DNA of 64,000 nucleotides from Coraliomargarita sp. (GCA_965216325.1 OZ244160.1:2528001-2592000), one strand, 5' to 3'. Positions 29,233 to 45,979 are shown, counted from the stretch's first letter. Made by a program: numbers and translations. The notes: a model not told the origin generated them from the letters alone.

Positions 29233-29307
29233 GGTAGGGAGGCATGCCCGCATGCCTCCGAAGAGAAGGACCAAACAGAACGGAGGTCTGAGGCAGACCT
29301 CCCTACC
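29233..29307. repeat. GTAG-type REP doublet (REPIN-like)
   Basis: GGTAGGGAGGCATGCCCGCATGCCTCCG-spacer-CGGAGGTCTGAGGCAGACCTCCCTACC: two inverted REP hairpins with GTAG/CTAC ends. Confidence 0.75.
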
Positions 29308-29348
29308 TTTTGACCGGATGAAGTCGCAGATAAGTATTATTCGGAAAC

Positions 29349-29378
29349 AAAAAAGGCGGCCTTGTTTAGGCCGCCTTT
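29349..29378 (-). terminator. Intrinsic terminator of sucA-sucB-lpdA
   Basis: AAAGGCGGCC-TTGTTTA-GGCCGCCTTT stem with T run on the minus strand, just after the lpdA stop. Confidence 0.8.
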
Positions 29379-29402
29379 GATTTCAGTAAACAGTCTGCTG
29401 AC

Positions 29403-30812
29403 TTATGCGCTATGGATGGCGTTGCCGTCGACCGCGAGGGCGGCTTCCTTCATCGCTTCGCTCATGGTCGGGTGTGCGTGGATGGTGCGGCCGAGGTCTT
29501 CTGCGCTGCCGCCGTATTCCATGTGGCTGACTGCATTCGCGATAAGCTCAGATGCGCCCTTGCCGATTACCTGCACGCCTAGAAGTCGGTCGGTTTCCTT
29601 GTCGGCAATCACTTTAACGAAACCGTCTGTGCCATCCGAGGCAATCGCGCGGCCGTTGGCTGCGAAATTGAACTTGCCTGTCTTGATCGCGATGCCTTGT
29701 TCCTTGGCTTGTGCCTCGGTGATACCGACGCCGGCGATTTCAGGCTCAGTGTAGATCACGTTTGGAATGACGTCGTAATTGACGTGACCAGCTTGGCCTG
29801 CAATACGCTCAACACACGCGACACCTTCTTCTTCAGCCTTGTGCGCAAGCATCGGGCCAGCGATGACGTCGCCGATCGCGTAGACGCCATCGACGGAGGT
29901 CTTGAAATGCGTGTCGACGGGGATGCGTCCCTTTTCGTCGGTGGTGATGCCAACGGTCTTAAGTCCGAGCCCTTCGGTGTTCGGCTTGCGGCCTACTGCA
30001 ACGAGGATCTTGTCGGCTTCGATCTCAAGGAGTTCGCCCTTCTTGTCCTCCGCAGTGAGGTAGGTCTTGCCTGCGTCCTTCTTCAGTCCGGTGACCTTGG
30101 TGCTCAGGTGGAAGTTGAGGCCTTGCTTCTTGAAGAGGCGCTCAGCCATCTTGGAAACATCCTTGTCGTATGCGGCAGCAACTGCTGGAAGGAATTCGAC
30201 GACGGTAACTTCAGATCCGAGGCGTGCCCAAACCGAGCCGAGTTCGAGGCCGATCGCACCTGCGCCAACAACTGCTAGCTTTTCCGGCACCTTGTCGAAG
30301 GCAATGGCTTCGGTGCTGCTGACCACCGTTTCGCCGTCTTGTGGGAGGAAGGGCAGGTCGATCACGGAGGAACCCGTTGCGATCACAATGTGCTTCGCAG
30401 CAAGGAGGGCTTCTTCCTTACCACCACTGACGCGAACCTTGCCTTCGCCTTCGAGGGAGCCGAGGCCGTTGAAAACTTCGATTTTGTTGGCCTTCATTAA
30501 GTGGGCGACGCCACCGCAAAGTTGCTCAACGGTCTTGTCCTTCTTCGCCATGAGCTTCTCGATGCTGATCGAGAGATTCGTCAGATCGATGCCGTGATCG
30601 GCCGCGCCGTGACCCGCGAAGTGGAACATCTCAGTCGAGTGAAGGAGGGCCTTACTTGGAATGCAGCCCACGTTGAGGCAGGTGCCACCCAAGGTTGGGT
30701 TCTTTTCGACGATGGCAGTCTTGAAGCCGAGCTGAGCGCTGCGGATGGCTGCCACGTAGCCGCCAGGGCCGGAGCCGATGACGACGAGATCAAATTGTTG
30801 TGTTTCGGACAT
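29403..30812 (-). CDS. lpdA: Dihydrolipoyl dehydrogenase (E3)
   Basis: [43 protein letters not shown]. Confidence 0.97.
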   Translation of the reverse strand: MSETQQFDLVVIGSGPGGYVAAIRSAQLGFKTAIVEKNPTLGGTCLNVGCIPSKALLHSTEMFHFAGHGAADHGIDLTNLSISIEKLMAKKDKTVEQLCGGVAHLMKANKIEVFNGLGSLEGEGKVRVSGGKEEALLAAKHIVIATGSSVIDLPFLPQDGETVVSSTEAIAFDKVPEKLAVVGAGAIGLELGSVWARLGSEVTVVEFLPAVAAAYDKDVSKMAERLFKKQGLNFHLSTKVTGLKKDAGKTYLTAEDKKGELLEIEADKILVAVGRKPNTEGLGLKTVGITTDEKGRIPVDTHFKTSVDGVYAIGDVIAGPMLAHKAEEEGVACVERIAGQAGHVNYDVIPNVIYTEPEIAGVGITEAQAKEQGIAIKTGKFNFAANGRAIASDGTDGFVKVIADKETDRLLGVQVIGKGASELIANAVSHMEYGGSAEDLGRTIHAHPTMSEAMKEAALAVDGNAIHSA

Positions 30813-30831
30813 GGTAACTTGGCTGCGCCAA

Positions 30832-30866
30832 AGTTGAGAGTTGTTAGTTGGAAGTGGTTAGTTGGG
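30832..30866. repeat. Heptamer tandem repeat (AGTTGnn x5) between sucB and lpdA
   Basis: AGTTGAG AGTTGTT AGTTGGA AGTGGTT AGTTGGG. Confidence 0.75.
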
Positions 30867-32102
30867 CTAGATGCCGAAAAGCAAGCGGCTTGGGTCTTCG
30901 ATCGCTTCCTTGACCTTGACGAGGAAGGTGACTGCTTCCTTGCCGTCGATCAGACGGTGGTCGTAACTGAGTGCCAGATACATCATCGGGCGTGCGACAA
31001 TTTCGCCGTTCACTACCATCGCGCGCTGCTGGATGTTGTGTAGGCCTAGGATCGCTGGCTGTGGATAGTTGATGATGGGGGTGCTGAGCATAGAGCCGTA
31101 GATACCACCGTTGGAGATGGTGAAGACGCCACCTTGCAGGTCGCTCATTTGGATCTTACCTTCACGCGCAAGCTTCGCGTAGCCAAGAATGTCCTGTTCG
31201 ATCTGAGCGAAGTTCTTCTGATCGCAATCGCGAACGACTGGAACCATCAGGCCCTTGTCGGTGCCAACTGCAACGCCCACGTCGTAATAGTGCTGGCTGA
31301 CGATTTCGTTGCCTTCGATGCGTGCGTTGACTTCAGGGACCGCTTGTAGCGCGTGTGTTACCGCCTTGGTGAAGAAAGACATGAAGCCCAGCTTGATGCC
31401 GTGACGTGCCACGAAGTCTTCTTGGTGCGCCTTACGCAGCTTCATAACTGCACTCATGTCGACTTCGTTGAAGGTCGTCAGCATCGCAGACTGTTGAGTC
31501 GCGTTGACGAGGTGCTCGGCAATTTTCTTGCGCAGTGGTGTCATCTTCTTGCGGCTCTCGCGCTCGCCAGCAGGAATTGCTGGCTTAGCAGGCTTCGCAG
31601 GAGTTGGTGCGGCGGCAGGTACCGCTGCCGCTGGCGCAGGCGCGCTAAGGATGTCGTTCTTGGTCACGCGGCCGTCCTTGCCGGAACCTGCTACAGACTT
31701 TACGTCGACACCGGTTTCTTCGGCTGCCTTGCGTGCCGCAGGAGAGAGGGTTGCTTCAGGATCGACCTTCGCAGCTGGAGCGGCTGCAGGTGCTTCGGCT
31801 GCAGCAGGCGCTGCGCTGTCGGCGGGGGCGTCGGCTGCTGGGGCAGCGCCGCCAGCTGGAGCGGCAGCGGATTCGTCGATGACTGCAACGACTTCACCGA
31901 TTTCCACTTCTTCGTCGGCTTCCACCTTGATGGAGATGACGCCAGAGACTTCAGCAACGGCTTCAGACGTGATTTTGTCAGTTTCGAGTTCGAAGATCGC
32001 CTGACCTTCAGTGACGTAGTCGCCGTCGTTTACGTGCCAAGCGGCAAGGATGCCACTGCTGATGGATTCGCCCATCGCGGGAATTGATACTTCGGTAGCC
32101 AT
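30867..32102 (-). CDS. sucB: 2-oxoglutarate dehydrogenase E2, dihydrolipoyllysine succinyltransferase
   Basis: Lipoyl domain ELETDKI, Ala/Pro linker, [27 protein letters not shown]. Confidence 0.96.
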   Translation of the reverse strand: MATEVSIPAMGESISSGILAAWHVNDGDYVTEGQAIFELETDKITSEAVAEVSGVISIKVEADEEVEIGEVVAVIDESAAAPAGGAAPAADAPADSAAPAAAEAPAAAPAAKVDPEATLSPAARKAAEETGVDVKSVAGSGKDGRVTKNDILSAPAPAAAVPAAAPTPAKPAKPAIPAGERESRKKMTPLRKKIAEHLVNATQQSAMLTTFNEVDMSAVMKLRKAHQEDFVARHGIKLGFMSFFTKAVTHALQAVPEVNARIEGNEIVSQHYYDVGVAVGTDKGLMVPVVRDCDQKNFAQIEQDILGYAKLAREGKIQMSDLQGGVFTISNGGIYGSMLSTPIINYPQPAILGLHNIQQRAMVVNGEIVARPMMYLALSYDHRLIDGKEAVTFLVKVKEAIEDPSRLLFGI

Positions 32103-32105
32103 TTT

Positions 32106-32146
32106 AGGTGTGAGAAGGTTTGAAGGTTAAAAAGTGTGAAGGTTTT
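32106..32146. repeat. Octamer-periodic tract between sucA and sucB
   Basis: AGGTGTGA-GA-AGGTTTGA AGGTTAAA AAGTGTGA AGGTTTT. Confidence 0.55.
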
Positions 32147-32156
32147 TGTGTAGTGA

Positions 32157-34895
<2,739 letters not shown>

Positions 34896-35080
34896 GTCAG
34901 GAGAGTGTGTAGCAAAGTCGTGAAGCTAGGCTTTTGTTATTAGAAATACAAATATAGTGTGTCCGATCATGAGGGTTATTCGATTTTCTTATTCTGCGAC
35001 GATGTTGCGCGACGGAATGAATCTTGATATCAAGGTGCATATGGCTTGTGTTTTATGCTTAAGTGTTGATTGCTAGGGGG

Positions 35081-35293
35081 ATGGATAAGGAATTGTTACG
35101 CTTGGATTTAGAGCGAATTACCCAAAAACGCGCGTTGAAAGAAGGCGAATCGCTTGTCGATGTGCTCAAGCGACTGGACGAATTGGCGCGAACGTCTGCA
35201 ATTCCGGACCGTCTGGAGCACTATTTGAGCAAGCGTAGCTACGAAAAAGCTTTGGCATGGCTGGATGACCCAGATCAGCCGCACCAGATCTAG
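35081..35293 (+). CDS. Small hypothetical protein
   Basis: ATG at 35081 preceded by AGGGGG; 70 aa with LKRLDELA...RLEHYLSKRSYEKALAWL motif. Confidence 0.6.
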   Translation: MDKELLRLDLERITQKRALKEGESLVDVLKRLDELARTSAIPDRLEHYLSKRSYEKALAWLDDPDQPHQI

Positions 35294-35761
35294 CTGTGAT
35301 TTGCTTTAGTGTGTCAGCTGAAGTGGTCGTGGCTGATTTATCTGCAGCACTTTGGGGTCTTAGGTGCTGTCTGTCGGTGCCTGTTTAGGCGAATACGTAT
35401 GTCACCTTCTGGGCTTTCGTTAGCAGTGATGCGTATCGATGAGCTTGAAGTCGTCTTTAGTTTCGTGCGGGAAACGGGGGATGTATTATGCTCTCTTGTT
35501 TGGTAGACTGAGAGTTGTGTGTAGGTTGGCTCCTCAGGTAGGGGAAGGGCAGCGCTCGTTTGGGCCTCAATGATATACTTTTCTGTGTCTGCGATGACGC
35601 CTAGGGGAGTGCTGCATCGGTTGATGAATTCGCAAGTGGACGCTGGAATTGTTTGGCACGCTTCTACTGTTGGTGAGTTTTCTGACGTGTTTGTGGTTTC
35701 TTGTTCTTTTGGGCGGACGCTTTAGGGTAGAGCTTTTGGGGTTGAGCTAGCGTTTAGGGGC

Positions 35762-37015
35762 TTAGTCTACGCCGATTTCGTTGGCGAGCGCGGTGCGTAG
35801 ATCGGCTTCGAGTTTGGCAGTTTTTACCCATTCGAGGGCTTGGACGGGTTGGCTCCGCGCCCAGTATTGAATAGAGTTTTCCAATGCGGAGACACGAGCG
35901 TCGGGGTTGCTGAGTGTATTGACCCACTCGGCAACCGCCTCGGGTTCGTAGTCGATCATGGTTTCGGCAAAGCCTGCAATCGCGGCGTCGCGTCTTGGTC
36001 CGTCGTTTTGTTGGCTGAGCCATTCGGAGGCTGCGACCGAGTCGCTCTTCGTCCATTCCTCCATAACAATTTGCGTGCTAACCGGTTGCTTCAGGGGGTC
36101 ATCGGTCGCTTGAAAAGCTAGCCAATTCATGGTTTCCGTTGGGTTGTGCTGGGTGCGGGTTTGGAGGTAAGCTTCGATGGCCTCAGGTGTGTCGATACTG
36201 GTTTGTATATCGCGCAGGTAGCTGGCGCTGCCCTCTGGATCGATTTCGGCGAAGTTGCGGATACTTTCTATGAAGAGTTCGCGGGTGCCCTGATAGGTGG
36301 ATTCTTTGAAGGCCCAATCGGCTACGGCCTCGGGGCTCTGGGCGAGGGCAGCATTCACGAACTCAGACGCGGCGGTGCTGCGAATTGTGCCGGGGGGGAG
36401 TTCTTCAACCCACTTGCGTGCAGCCACTGGGTTGGTCGCGGCCCAGCTACTCACCAGTGCGCGGGCGGCGGTGGCTTTGCTGCCGTCGTTGGCCATGCCC
36501 TCGATCCATAAGGCAGCATTGTCCGGGTCTTGCTGTGCCCAGAGGGTCATACCACTTTCGATGGTGGCGTGTCGTGCCAGACCTTGGGCATTGCTCTCGA
36601 GCCAAAGCAGGGTGCCTTCGGAGTCTTTGGCGGCCCAGACTGCGACGATTTCGAGCATGCCGCGCAGGCGGTCCTGACTCATTGACTGCACTTGGAGCCA
36701 AGCCATTGCGGCTACGGGATCGGCGGCAGCGCGCTCGCGTGCCTCAGCGATAAAGGGATCTTCAGGAATTGTGATGCCCACATGGGCTTCGACAAGTTCG
36801 TCGGGGATGATGACTTCGCGTTGGCGGCGATTGTCGATGGGCTCTTCGACGGCTTCGGGCTCTTCCATTGGCTTGAGCTGGCCGTCGCGCACGAGTTGCC
36901 ACGCTTTTTGAAAGTCCTGCCAGCCTTGCATTATTTTGTCCTGATAGGGGCGCAGCGCTAGCACACTCAGTCCGAGGATGACGAGCAGGTAGAGAGCTTG
37001 GTGGCTGCGTTTCAT
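35762..37015 (-). CDS. Membrane-anchored helical-repeat hypothetical protein (DPxAAxxW repeats)
   Basis: N-terminal TM followed by ~31-32 aa repeats (DPVAAMAWL, DPDNAALWI, NPVAARKWV, DSVAASEWL, EPEAVAEWV, QPVQALEWV). Confidence 0.7.
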   Translation of the reverse strand: MKRSHQALYLLVILGLSVLALRPYQDKIMQGWQDFQKAWQLVRDGQLKPMEEPEAVEEPIDNRRQREVIIPDELVEAHVGITIPEDPFIAEARERAAADPVAAMAWLQVQSMSQDRLRGMLEIVAVWAAKDSEGTLLWLESNAQGLARHATIESGMTLWAQQDPDNAALWIEGMANDGSKATAARALVSSWAATNPVAARKWVEELPPGTIRSTAASEFVNAALAQSPEAVADWAFKESTYQGTRELFIESIRNFAEIDPEGSASYLRDIQTSIDTPEAIEAYLQTRTQHNPTETMNWLAFQATDDPLKQPVSTQIVMEEWTKSDSVAASEWLSQQNDGPRRDAAIAGFAETMIDYEPEAVAEWVNTLSNPDARVSALENSIQYWARSQPVQALEWVKTAKLEADLRTALANEIGVD

Positions 37016-37107
37016 TGCTGAAAGTTAGAGTGAATGGAAAGTGGAGGGAAACGCTCTGTCGTTTCCACATTTATGTCGGATGGCAACGACGGAGCGTTGC
37101 CATCCAG

Positions 37108-37911
37108 TTAACTCAAATTAAAGAAAGCTTTGGTGTTTGCGGTGACTTGGGCTGCGAGTTCCTCCTCGCTGACGGCAAGGGCGTCGGCACAGCGGCGGGC
37201 GATGTCGGCGACGAAGGCCGGCTCGTTGGGTTTGCCGCGATGCGGTTCGGGCGTGAGGTAGGGACAATCGGTTTCCAGCATCAGGCGCTCGATCCCTTGA
37301 CTGCGGAGTGCCTCGCGGATCTCGGGTGCATTCTTGTACGTGACGATGCCGGTAAAGGAGCCGCGGCCACCGCGCTCGTTGATTTTAGCGATTTCTTCGG
37401 GACCGTAGCTGAAGCAGTGAAAGACGATGCGCGACCAATCCACGCCGGATTCGTCTACCATGCGGAAGGTATCGTCGAACGCGTTGCGGCTATGAATGAT
37501 GATCGGCACGTCGAGTTCGCTGGCGATGGAGAGCTGCTGGCGGAAGGCGGCTTCTTGATGGAGCATGAGTTCGCCGGCTTCGACGGGATCCTTGGGTAGG
37601 TGAAAATAGTCGAGGCCTATTTCACCGAGTGCAATCGGTGTATTGGGCGGCATGAAGAAAGTGGAGAGTTGTGCGACGGCATCGTTCCACTCGGTGTCGA
37701 CGTAGCAGGGATGCAGGCCGACGGTGTAGTCGATCTTGTCGGGGTGGGCGGCACTCATTTCGCGATAGGGCACCCAGTCTTTGAGGCCGGTGCCTACGGT
37801 GATGAAGCGCTGCACGCCTGCAGCTGCGGCACGCTCAAGCACGGGCTCGAGTTCGCCCTTGGTTTTGTAGCCGAGTAGGTGACAGTGGCTGTCGATCAAT
37901 TCCATATGCAA
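37108..37911 (-). CDS. tatD: TatD family hydrolase
   Basis: [48 protein letters not shown]; start 37911 or 37905. Confidence 0.92.
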   Translation of the reverse strand: MHMELIDSHCHLLGYKTKGELEPVLERAAAAGVQRFITVGTGLKDWVPYREMSAAHPDKIDYTVGLHPCYVDTEWNDAVAQLSTFFMPPNTPIALGEIGLDYFHLPKDPVEAGELMLHQEAAFRQQLSIASELDVPIIIHSRNAFDDTFRMVDESGVDWSRIVFHCFSYGPEEIAKINERGGRGSFTGIVTYKNAPEIREALRSQGIERLMLETDCPYLTPEPHRGKPNEPAFVADIARRCADALAVSEEELAAQVTANTKAFFNLS

Positions 37912-37972
37912 GCAACTAGGTGAATTCTGTTTCAGGGGGAAGGCAAAACCTGCGCTGGGTTGCGCGCAGTAT

Positions 37973-38075
37973 TCATAATCGTAATCTTGCTCTTAATCCT
38001 AATCTCAACGGTTCTACGGCGTCAGAATATCAATAAATCGGAGATTAGGATTGCGATTATGGGTAGATTAAGAGC
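37973..38075. repeat. Hexamer-periodic inverted repeat, copy 2
   Basis: TCATAA TCGTAA TCTTGC TCTTAA TCCTAA TCTC ... GAGATTAGGATTGCGATTATGGGTAGATTAAGAGC. Confidence 0.75.
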
Positions 38076-38196
38076 CCGAAGTTCGTGTTCCAGTGACTCT
38101 GAATGATTCACACGAAAATTCTTGAGAATAAAAAGTGCCCCTCCATGTTCTGACAGCTTTAGCAAATACTACCACTCGAAGCTTAATTAGGATTTT

Positions 38197-39123
38197 ATGG
38201 AAGACGTCATCATTCTTGGAACCGGTTGTGCCGGACTTACTGCAGCAATTTACACTAGCCGTGCGCAGTTGAACCCGCTTGTTTTGGAGGGTTCACAGCC
38301 TGGCGGTCAGCTGACAACGACCTCGGAAGTGGAGAACTTTCCTGGCTTTCCAGAAGGTATCGACGGCTTCACCATGATGGATAATCTGCGCAAGCAGGCT
38401 GCGCGCTTCGGTGCGCGCTATGAGCACGCTAAGATCGACAAGGTCGAAATTGACGGTGATGTGAAGAAGCTTTACTCGGGGGACAAGGTCTTTGAAGCGA
38501 AGACTGTAATCGTCGCAACGGGTGCACGTCCGCGTTTGCTCGGCATTCCTGGGGAGCAGGAAATGTTCGGTGGCAAGGGTGTGACGACTTGTGCAACTTG
38601 TGATGGTGCCTTCTACCGCGACATGGAAGTGGTGGTTGTTGGCGGTGGTGACTCTGCTTGTGAAGAGGCGCTGTTCCTGACCCGTTTCTGCTCGAAGGTG
38701 ACCTTGATTCACCGTCGTGATGAGCTGCGTGCGTCGCAGATCATGGCAGACCGTGCAGTGAACCACGAGAAGATCGAAATGGCGTGGAACTCCTTGCCGC
38801 AGGAGATTCTTGCGGACGAGAAGGGCTTCACTCGTGCGATCCTTGTGAAGGATGCGATCACTGGCGAAGAGCGCGAGATCCCATGTAAGGGTGCGTTTAT
38901 CGCAATTGGCCACATCCCAAATACTGACTTCGTTGATGGCGTGCTAGATCGTGATGACGATGGCTACATCGTTCCGGAGGCAGGCAGCCAAGTGAAGACC
39001 AAATTCGAAGGCTTCTACGCTGCGGGCGACTGTGTTGACCACGTCTATCGTCAAGCGATCACTGCAGCTGGCATGGGTTGCCAAGCTGCGATCGAAGCGG
39101 AGCGTTGGCTCGCCGAACAGTAG
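38197..39123 (+). CDS. trxB: Thioredoxin-disulfide reductase
   Basis: [47 protein letters not shown]. Confidence 0.96.
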   Translation: MEDVIILGTGCAGLTAAIYTSRAQLNPLVLEGSQPGGQLTTTSEVENFPGFPEGIDGFTMMDNLRKQAARFGARYEHAKIDKVEIDGDVKKLYSGDKVFEAKTVIVATGARPRLLGIPGEQEMFGGKGVTTCATCDGAFYRDMEVVVVGGGDSACEEALFLTRFCSKVTLIHRRDELRASQIMADRAVNHEKIEMAWNSLPQEILADEKGFTRAILVKDAITGEEREIPCKGAFIAIGHIPNTDFVDGVLDRDDDGYIVPEAGSQVKTKFEGFYAAGDCVDHVYRQAITAAGMGCQAAIEAERWLAEQ

Positions 39124-39127
39124 TTCG

Positions 39128-39208
39128 GGTGTGAGGGAATGAATGTTGAAAGTAGGAACGTCTTAGATTACCTTCACACTTTCATACATTTAACCTTCAT
39201 ACTTTCCC
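39128..39208. repeat. Octamer-periodic imperfect inverted repeat between trxB and pdxH
   Basis: GGGTGTGAGGGAATGAATGTTGAAAGTAGGAA ... CCTTCACACTTTCATACATTTAACCTTCATACTTTCCC. Confidence 0.55.
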
Positions 39209-39209
39209 T

Positions 39210-39848
39210 ATGGATCTCTCGGACCGCAGAAAAGAATATACCAAGCACGCACTGACCCGGGCCGACTTGTTGGAGGACCCGATGGAGCAGTTCAAACTGT
39301 GGTTTGCTCAGGCGGAGGAACTGGAGTTGGACGAGCCCAATGCCATGTGCGTTGCTTCGGTGGGCGCTGGTGGGCAACCGTCGACACGGATCGTATTACT
39401 AAAAGGGATCTCTGAGGGCGGCTTTGTCTTTTATACCAATTATGAGAGTCGCAAGGCTTCTGAGCTGGAGGGGAACCCGAAGGTGGCTGCGAATTTCTTT
39501 TGGCTACCGTTGCAGCGTCAGGTCAATATTACCGGTCAGGTTGAGCGTGTGTCCAAGGCTGAGTCCTTGAAATATTTCTTAACACGCCCTCTGGGTAGTC
39601 GACTCGGTGCGTGGACCTCACCGCAAAGTAAGGTGATTACATCGCGCCAGATTCTAGAAGCGAAGTTGGAGCAGATGAAGCGTAAGTTTGCCGATGGCAA
39701 AGTGCCGCTGCCGGATGATTGGGGCGGCTATCGGATTGTGCCGGAAACCATTGAGTTTTGGCAAGGCGGTGCGAGCCGTTTGCATGACCGCTTCATGTAT
39801 TCTAAAAATGAAGCTGGCATTTGGGGTGCTGAGCGTTTGGCTCCATAA
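39210..39848 (+). CDS. pdxH: Pyridoxamine 5'-phosphate oxidase
   Basis: [38 protein letters not shown]. Confidence 0.95.
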   Translation: MDLSDRRKEYTKHALTRADLLEDPMEQFKLWFAQAEELELDEPNAMCVASVGAGGQPSTRIVLLKGISEGGFVFYTNYESRKASELEGNPKVAANFFWLPLQRQVNITGQVERVSKAESLKYFLTRPLGSRLGAWTSPQSKVITSRQILEAKLEQMKRKFADGKVPLPDDWGGYRIVPETIEFWQGGASRLHDRFMYSKNEAGIWGAERLAP

Positions 39849-39854
39849 GCATCA

Positions 39855-40682
39855 ATGCGAGTAGACTGTCACATGCACACTCCTCTTTGCGGCCATGCTA
39901 ATGGCGCGCCGATTGAGTATGCCATGATGGCCTTAGAGCGTGAGATCGATCTGATTACCTTTACCTGTCACATTCCGATGGAGTGGGAGGCCTTTGGGCA
40001 GGAGGGAATTCGGATGCGGCTCGATCAGCTAGATGATTATCGCCGTATCATTGCGGACACTGCGAAGCGCGCTAAAGGCTTTGGCGTTGAAGTGCTTTGT
40101 GGAATCGAGGCGGAAGTCTTTCCTGACGAGGCGCAGATGGAGCCGATGGATAAGATCCTTGCGGACTACGAGTGGGATTTTGTGCTTGGTTCGTTACATG
40201 CGCAGTGCCCAAGCTATCGCATTTGGTTGAAGGACAATAAGGTCAAAACGGATGCGTTGGCGATCGATTGCTACTTTCGTCACTTGATCGATGGTGTGCA
40301 GAGTGGTCGCTATGATAGCATGTCGCATCCTGATGTGATCCGCACCTATGGCGTAGTGAGTGAGTTTAAACCTGAGGAGCACGAAGAAGTGATTCGTGAG
40401 TTTCTTCAAGCGATCGTCGCTCAGGACATCTGCATGGAGGTCAACACCAGTGGTCTGGATAAGGGGGCCTTTGAGGTGCATCCCGATCCGCTAATTCTCG
40501 ATTGGGCAAGTGAACTGGGAGTGAAACTCACTATTGGGTCGGATTCGCATAACCCGATCAAGGTGGGGCGCCACTTTGAAGTCATCCTCCCGCTCTTGCG
40601 CGAGAAGGGCTTTCAGGATTTGTATTATCATCGTGGCCGCCAGCGCATTCGTATTGATCTGCCTGAGGCAATTCTGGTGTAG
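39855..40682 (+). CDS. PHP-family histidinol-phosphatase (HisJ-like)
   Basis: [41 protein letters not shown]. Confidence 0.8.
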   Translation: MRVDCHMHTPLCGHANGAPIEYAMMALEREIDLITFTCHIPMEWEAFGQEGIRMRLDQLDDYRRIIADTAKRAKGFGVEVLCGIEAEVFPDEAQMEPMDKILADYEWDFVLGSLHAQCPSYRIWLKDNKVKTDALAIDCYFRHLIDGVQSGRYDSMSHPDVIRTYGVVSEFKPEEHEEVIREFLQAIVAQDICMEVNTSGLDKGAFEVHPDPLILDWASELGVKLTIGSDSHNPIKVGRHFEVILPLLREKGFQDLYYHRGRQRIRIDLPEAILV

Positions 40683-40696
40683 ACCGCTTGCGCTTG

Positions 40697-41572
40697 CTAG
40701 GCGACTTCGATCAGCACCTTCTCGACCGGTGTATTGGTGATTCGCTTTAGAATCGCCTCTGCAAATTCGTATTGAGAGTACACGGTTGTGGCGAGTTGGC
40801 TCTGCGTTGCGGCGCAGATGTTCCAATCGCGGCTGCTGGAAAGGTTGCGTTGGTTGAGTGCGCAGGTAACTGCAGGCACACTGGGATTGAAGGCGATACT
40901 CTCGGCGCTGCGGCCGCCATAGGTTTTACCATCGGTGCAGGTAATCGCAAAGCCAGCGTAGGCTTCGCTGTAGGGGACGTAGCTGCGCTCGGCGGCGTTG
41001 ATTGCACGTTGATGGAGGTCGCCTTGGTCGGGGCGAACGCTGACGAGTTGCTTGCTGCTGCTGTCGAGGAGTCCGTGACCTGGCTTGCGCGATGCTCCAA
41101 ATGCGTTGGGGAGTAAGTCCTCTAATCCATAGGAGGCTCCGCCAAATTCGATGGCGAGTTGCTCGATCTCGGAGAGTTCATTGAGAAACTGGCGGCAGTG
41201 TCCACAGGGAGTTTCGGATACGAAGAGGCGCTCAATTGAGGGCTCACCATGCATCCATGCATTTAATATAGCGGACTGCTCGGCGTGAAGGCTTGCGGAC
41301 AGTGGTGCGCCGGAGAATTCCAGATTGGCTCCCAGGTAGATCCGTCCGGAGCTGCCGAGTGCCACGGCACCGACGTGAAAGCCAGAGACTGGTGTGTCGG
41401 CGAAGCATTTTGCTAGCTCCAGCAGTTGTGGTGCAAGTTGTTCAGGCGTGCATTCAGTGTTACGAAGGTAGCCGCAGAAATTCGGGCTCTTGAGCTCCTT
41501 TAGTAGTTGGGGACGCTCGGAAGCGTCTACGTTTGCCAGAGCGGTTTCGAGATCGTGCGAGTCGAGGGGCAT
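40697..41572 (-). CDS. cdd: Cytidine deaminase (long, homodimeric type)
   Basis: PVSGFHVGAVA, GANLEF, HAEQSA, PCGHCRQFLNE; second domain SYVPYS...AESIAFNPS. Confidence 0.9.
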   Translation of the reverse strand: MPLDSHDLETALANVDASERPQLLKELKSPNFCGYLRNTECTPEQLAPQLLELAKCFADTPVSGFHVGAVALGSSGRIYLGANLEFSGAPLSASLHAEQSAILNAWMHGEPSIERLFVSETPCGHCRQFLNELSEIEQLAIEFGGASYGLEDLLPNAFGASRKPGHGLLDSSSKQLVSVRPDQGDLHQRAINAAERSYVPYSEAYAGFAITCTDGKTYGGRSAESIAFNPSVPAVTCALNQRNLSSSRDWNICAATQSQLATTVYSQYEFAEAILKRITNTPVEKVLIEVA

Positions 41573-41590
41573 GGGTTTGTTGAGCGCCGT

Positions 41591-42037
41591 TTATTTAATG
41601 AAGCGGATCGTGAACGGATATTGGTAGTGGTTTCCGTCGCTGGCTTTGATCGCTGCAATCACAGTATATACAATGCTCAGTAGCATGATGACCGGAATCA
41701 GGAAGAATCCGATTACGATGAAGACCATGAGGAAGGCGGCGATCAGGTAAATGAGCACCGAGAGTTGAAAGTTGACGGCTTCTTTGCCGCAGTTGTCGAT
41801 GAAGGGGTGCTCTTCGCGCTTAAGCAGCCAGATGACTAGTGGGCCGAGAAAGCCCGGGATGCCGAGAAACTGAACCAGTGCGAGCAGATGGCAAAGCATG
41901 CCCATGGTGCGGGCGTTGGAATCGGTTTCGATCGCTGTGCTGCTGGTGTCTGATGCGTTGTCTGCGGGTATCGCAGGTGCGGGCGGTGGCGTCTGGCCAT
42001 ATTGACTATTTGGGTCGGGGCGAAGGTCGTCTGTCAT
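41591..42037 (-). CDS. DUF4870 (Tic20-like) membrane protein
   Basis: MLCHL, GPLVIWL, GKEAVNFQLS, YQYPFTIRFIK. Confidence 0.88.
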   Translation of the reverse strand: MTDDLRPDPNSQYGQTPPPAPAIPADNASDTSSTAIETDSNARTMGMLCHLLALVQFLGIPGFLGPLVIWLLKREEHPFIDNCGKEAVNFQLSVLIYLIAAFLMVFIVIGFFLIPVIMLLSIVYTVIAAIKASDGNHYQYPFTIRFIK

Positions 42038-42146
42038 AATTGGCGGTGAAAGTTAACAATGGGCGTGAAACTAACAATAATGAACTGTCAGGGCGTTACA
42101 AATGTCACGCGTCTGTCGCATTTCAAGTGGTAGCGCCGAACCTCAG

Positions 42147-42231
42147 TCTTAATCATAATCCTACTCTTAATCTTAATCCCCCTTTCAACCGCAGATTTAG
42201 ATTAAGAGTAGGATTATGATTCGGAGTAGAG
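42147..42231. repeat. Hexamer-periodic inverted repeat, copy 3
   Basis: TCTTAA TCATAA TCCTAC TCTTAA TCTTAA TCC ... AGATTTAGATTAAGAGTAGGATTATGATTCGGAGTAGA. Confidence 0.8.
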
Positions 42232-42406
42232 GCCTGAGGGATGGGGGAGAATCAAATTTCACGCACTTTTTGGTTTACCTGTAGGCAGTTTTTCCTACCG
42301 TCCGCGCTTCTCTCGAAATCATACCCGTGGGCATGTCCGTCTCAGGGGGCTAAATACGAAGCATTTAGGTGCGTTTTCGTTGGCTGAAAAAATGCAAGAA
42401 AAATAC

Positions 42407-42461
<55 letters not shown>

Positions 42462-42468
42462 AAATTTC

Positions 42469-42843
<375 letters not shown>

Positions 42844-42881
42844 GACATTCCTAAGTTATAATTTCTAAATTTTAGATTACT

Positions 42882-43357
<476 letters not shown>

Positions 43358-43407
43358 TTCTTCGCTTCATTCCCCTTTTTTGTTCTTTTCCAGTCGAATC
43401 GTTTTTA

Positions 43408-45546
<2,139 letters not shown>

Positions 45547-45648
45547 GAAACATCTCAAAAATAGTTCCGAGGAGCGCAGCGACGACAAGACCGAGCGCGA
45601 AGCGAATCGGACCAAGACACAATAACTTAACCAAACAAATATAATATC

Positions 45649-45957
45649 ATGAGTGCACCACGTATCCGCATCCGCCTTAAGGGCTTTGACTACCGCGTAA
45701 TCGACCAGTCTGCAGCAGACATCGTAGAAACAGCTAAGCGTTCCGGCGCTCGCGTTTCCGGTCCTGTTCCTATGCCGACTCGCATCGAAAAGTTCACAGT
45801 GAACCGTTCCGTTCACGTTAATAAGAAGGCTATGGAGCAGTTCGAAGTGCGCACACATAAGCGCCTCATCGACATCGTTGAGCCAACTGCAGCAACGGTT
45901 GACGAGCTCAAGAAGCTCAACCTCCCTGCAGGTGTTGACATCTCCATCAACGTCTAA
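45649..45957 (+). CDS. rpsJ: 30S ribosomal protein S10
   Basis: [31 protein letters not shown]. Confidence 0.99.
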   Translation: MSAPRIRIRLKGFDYRVIDQSAADIVETAKRSGARVSGPVPMPTRIEKFTVNRSVHVNKKAMEQFEVRTHKRLIDIVEPTAATVDELKKLNLPAGVDISINV

Positions 45958-45979
45958 TTCGGCGCTGATCTAGTTTTTT

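Noticed and set aside
35338..35721. 127-codon stop-free frame on the minus strand without ATG/GTG/TTG start
   Set aside because: The strand is T-poor, which suppresses stops, and the translation resembles no family; it could be decayed DNA but is unsupported as a gene.
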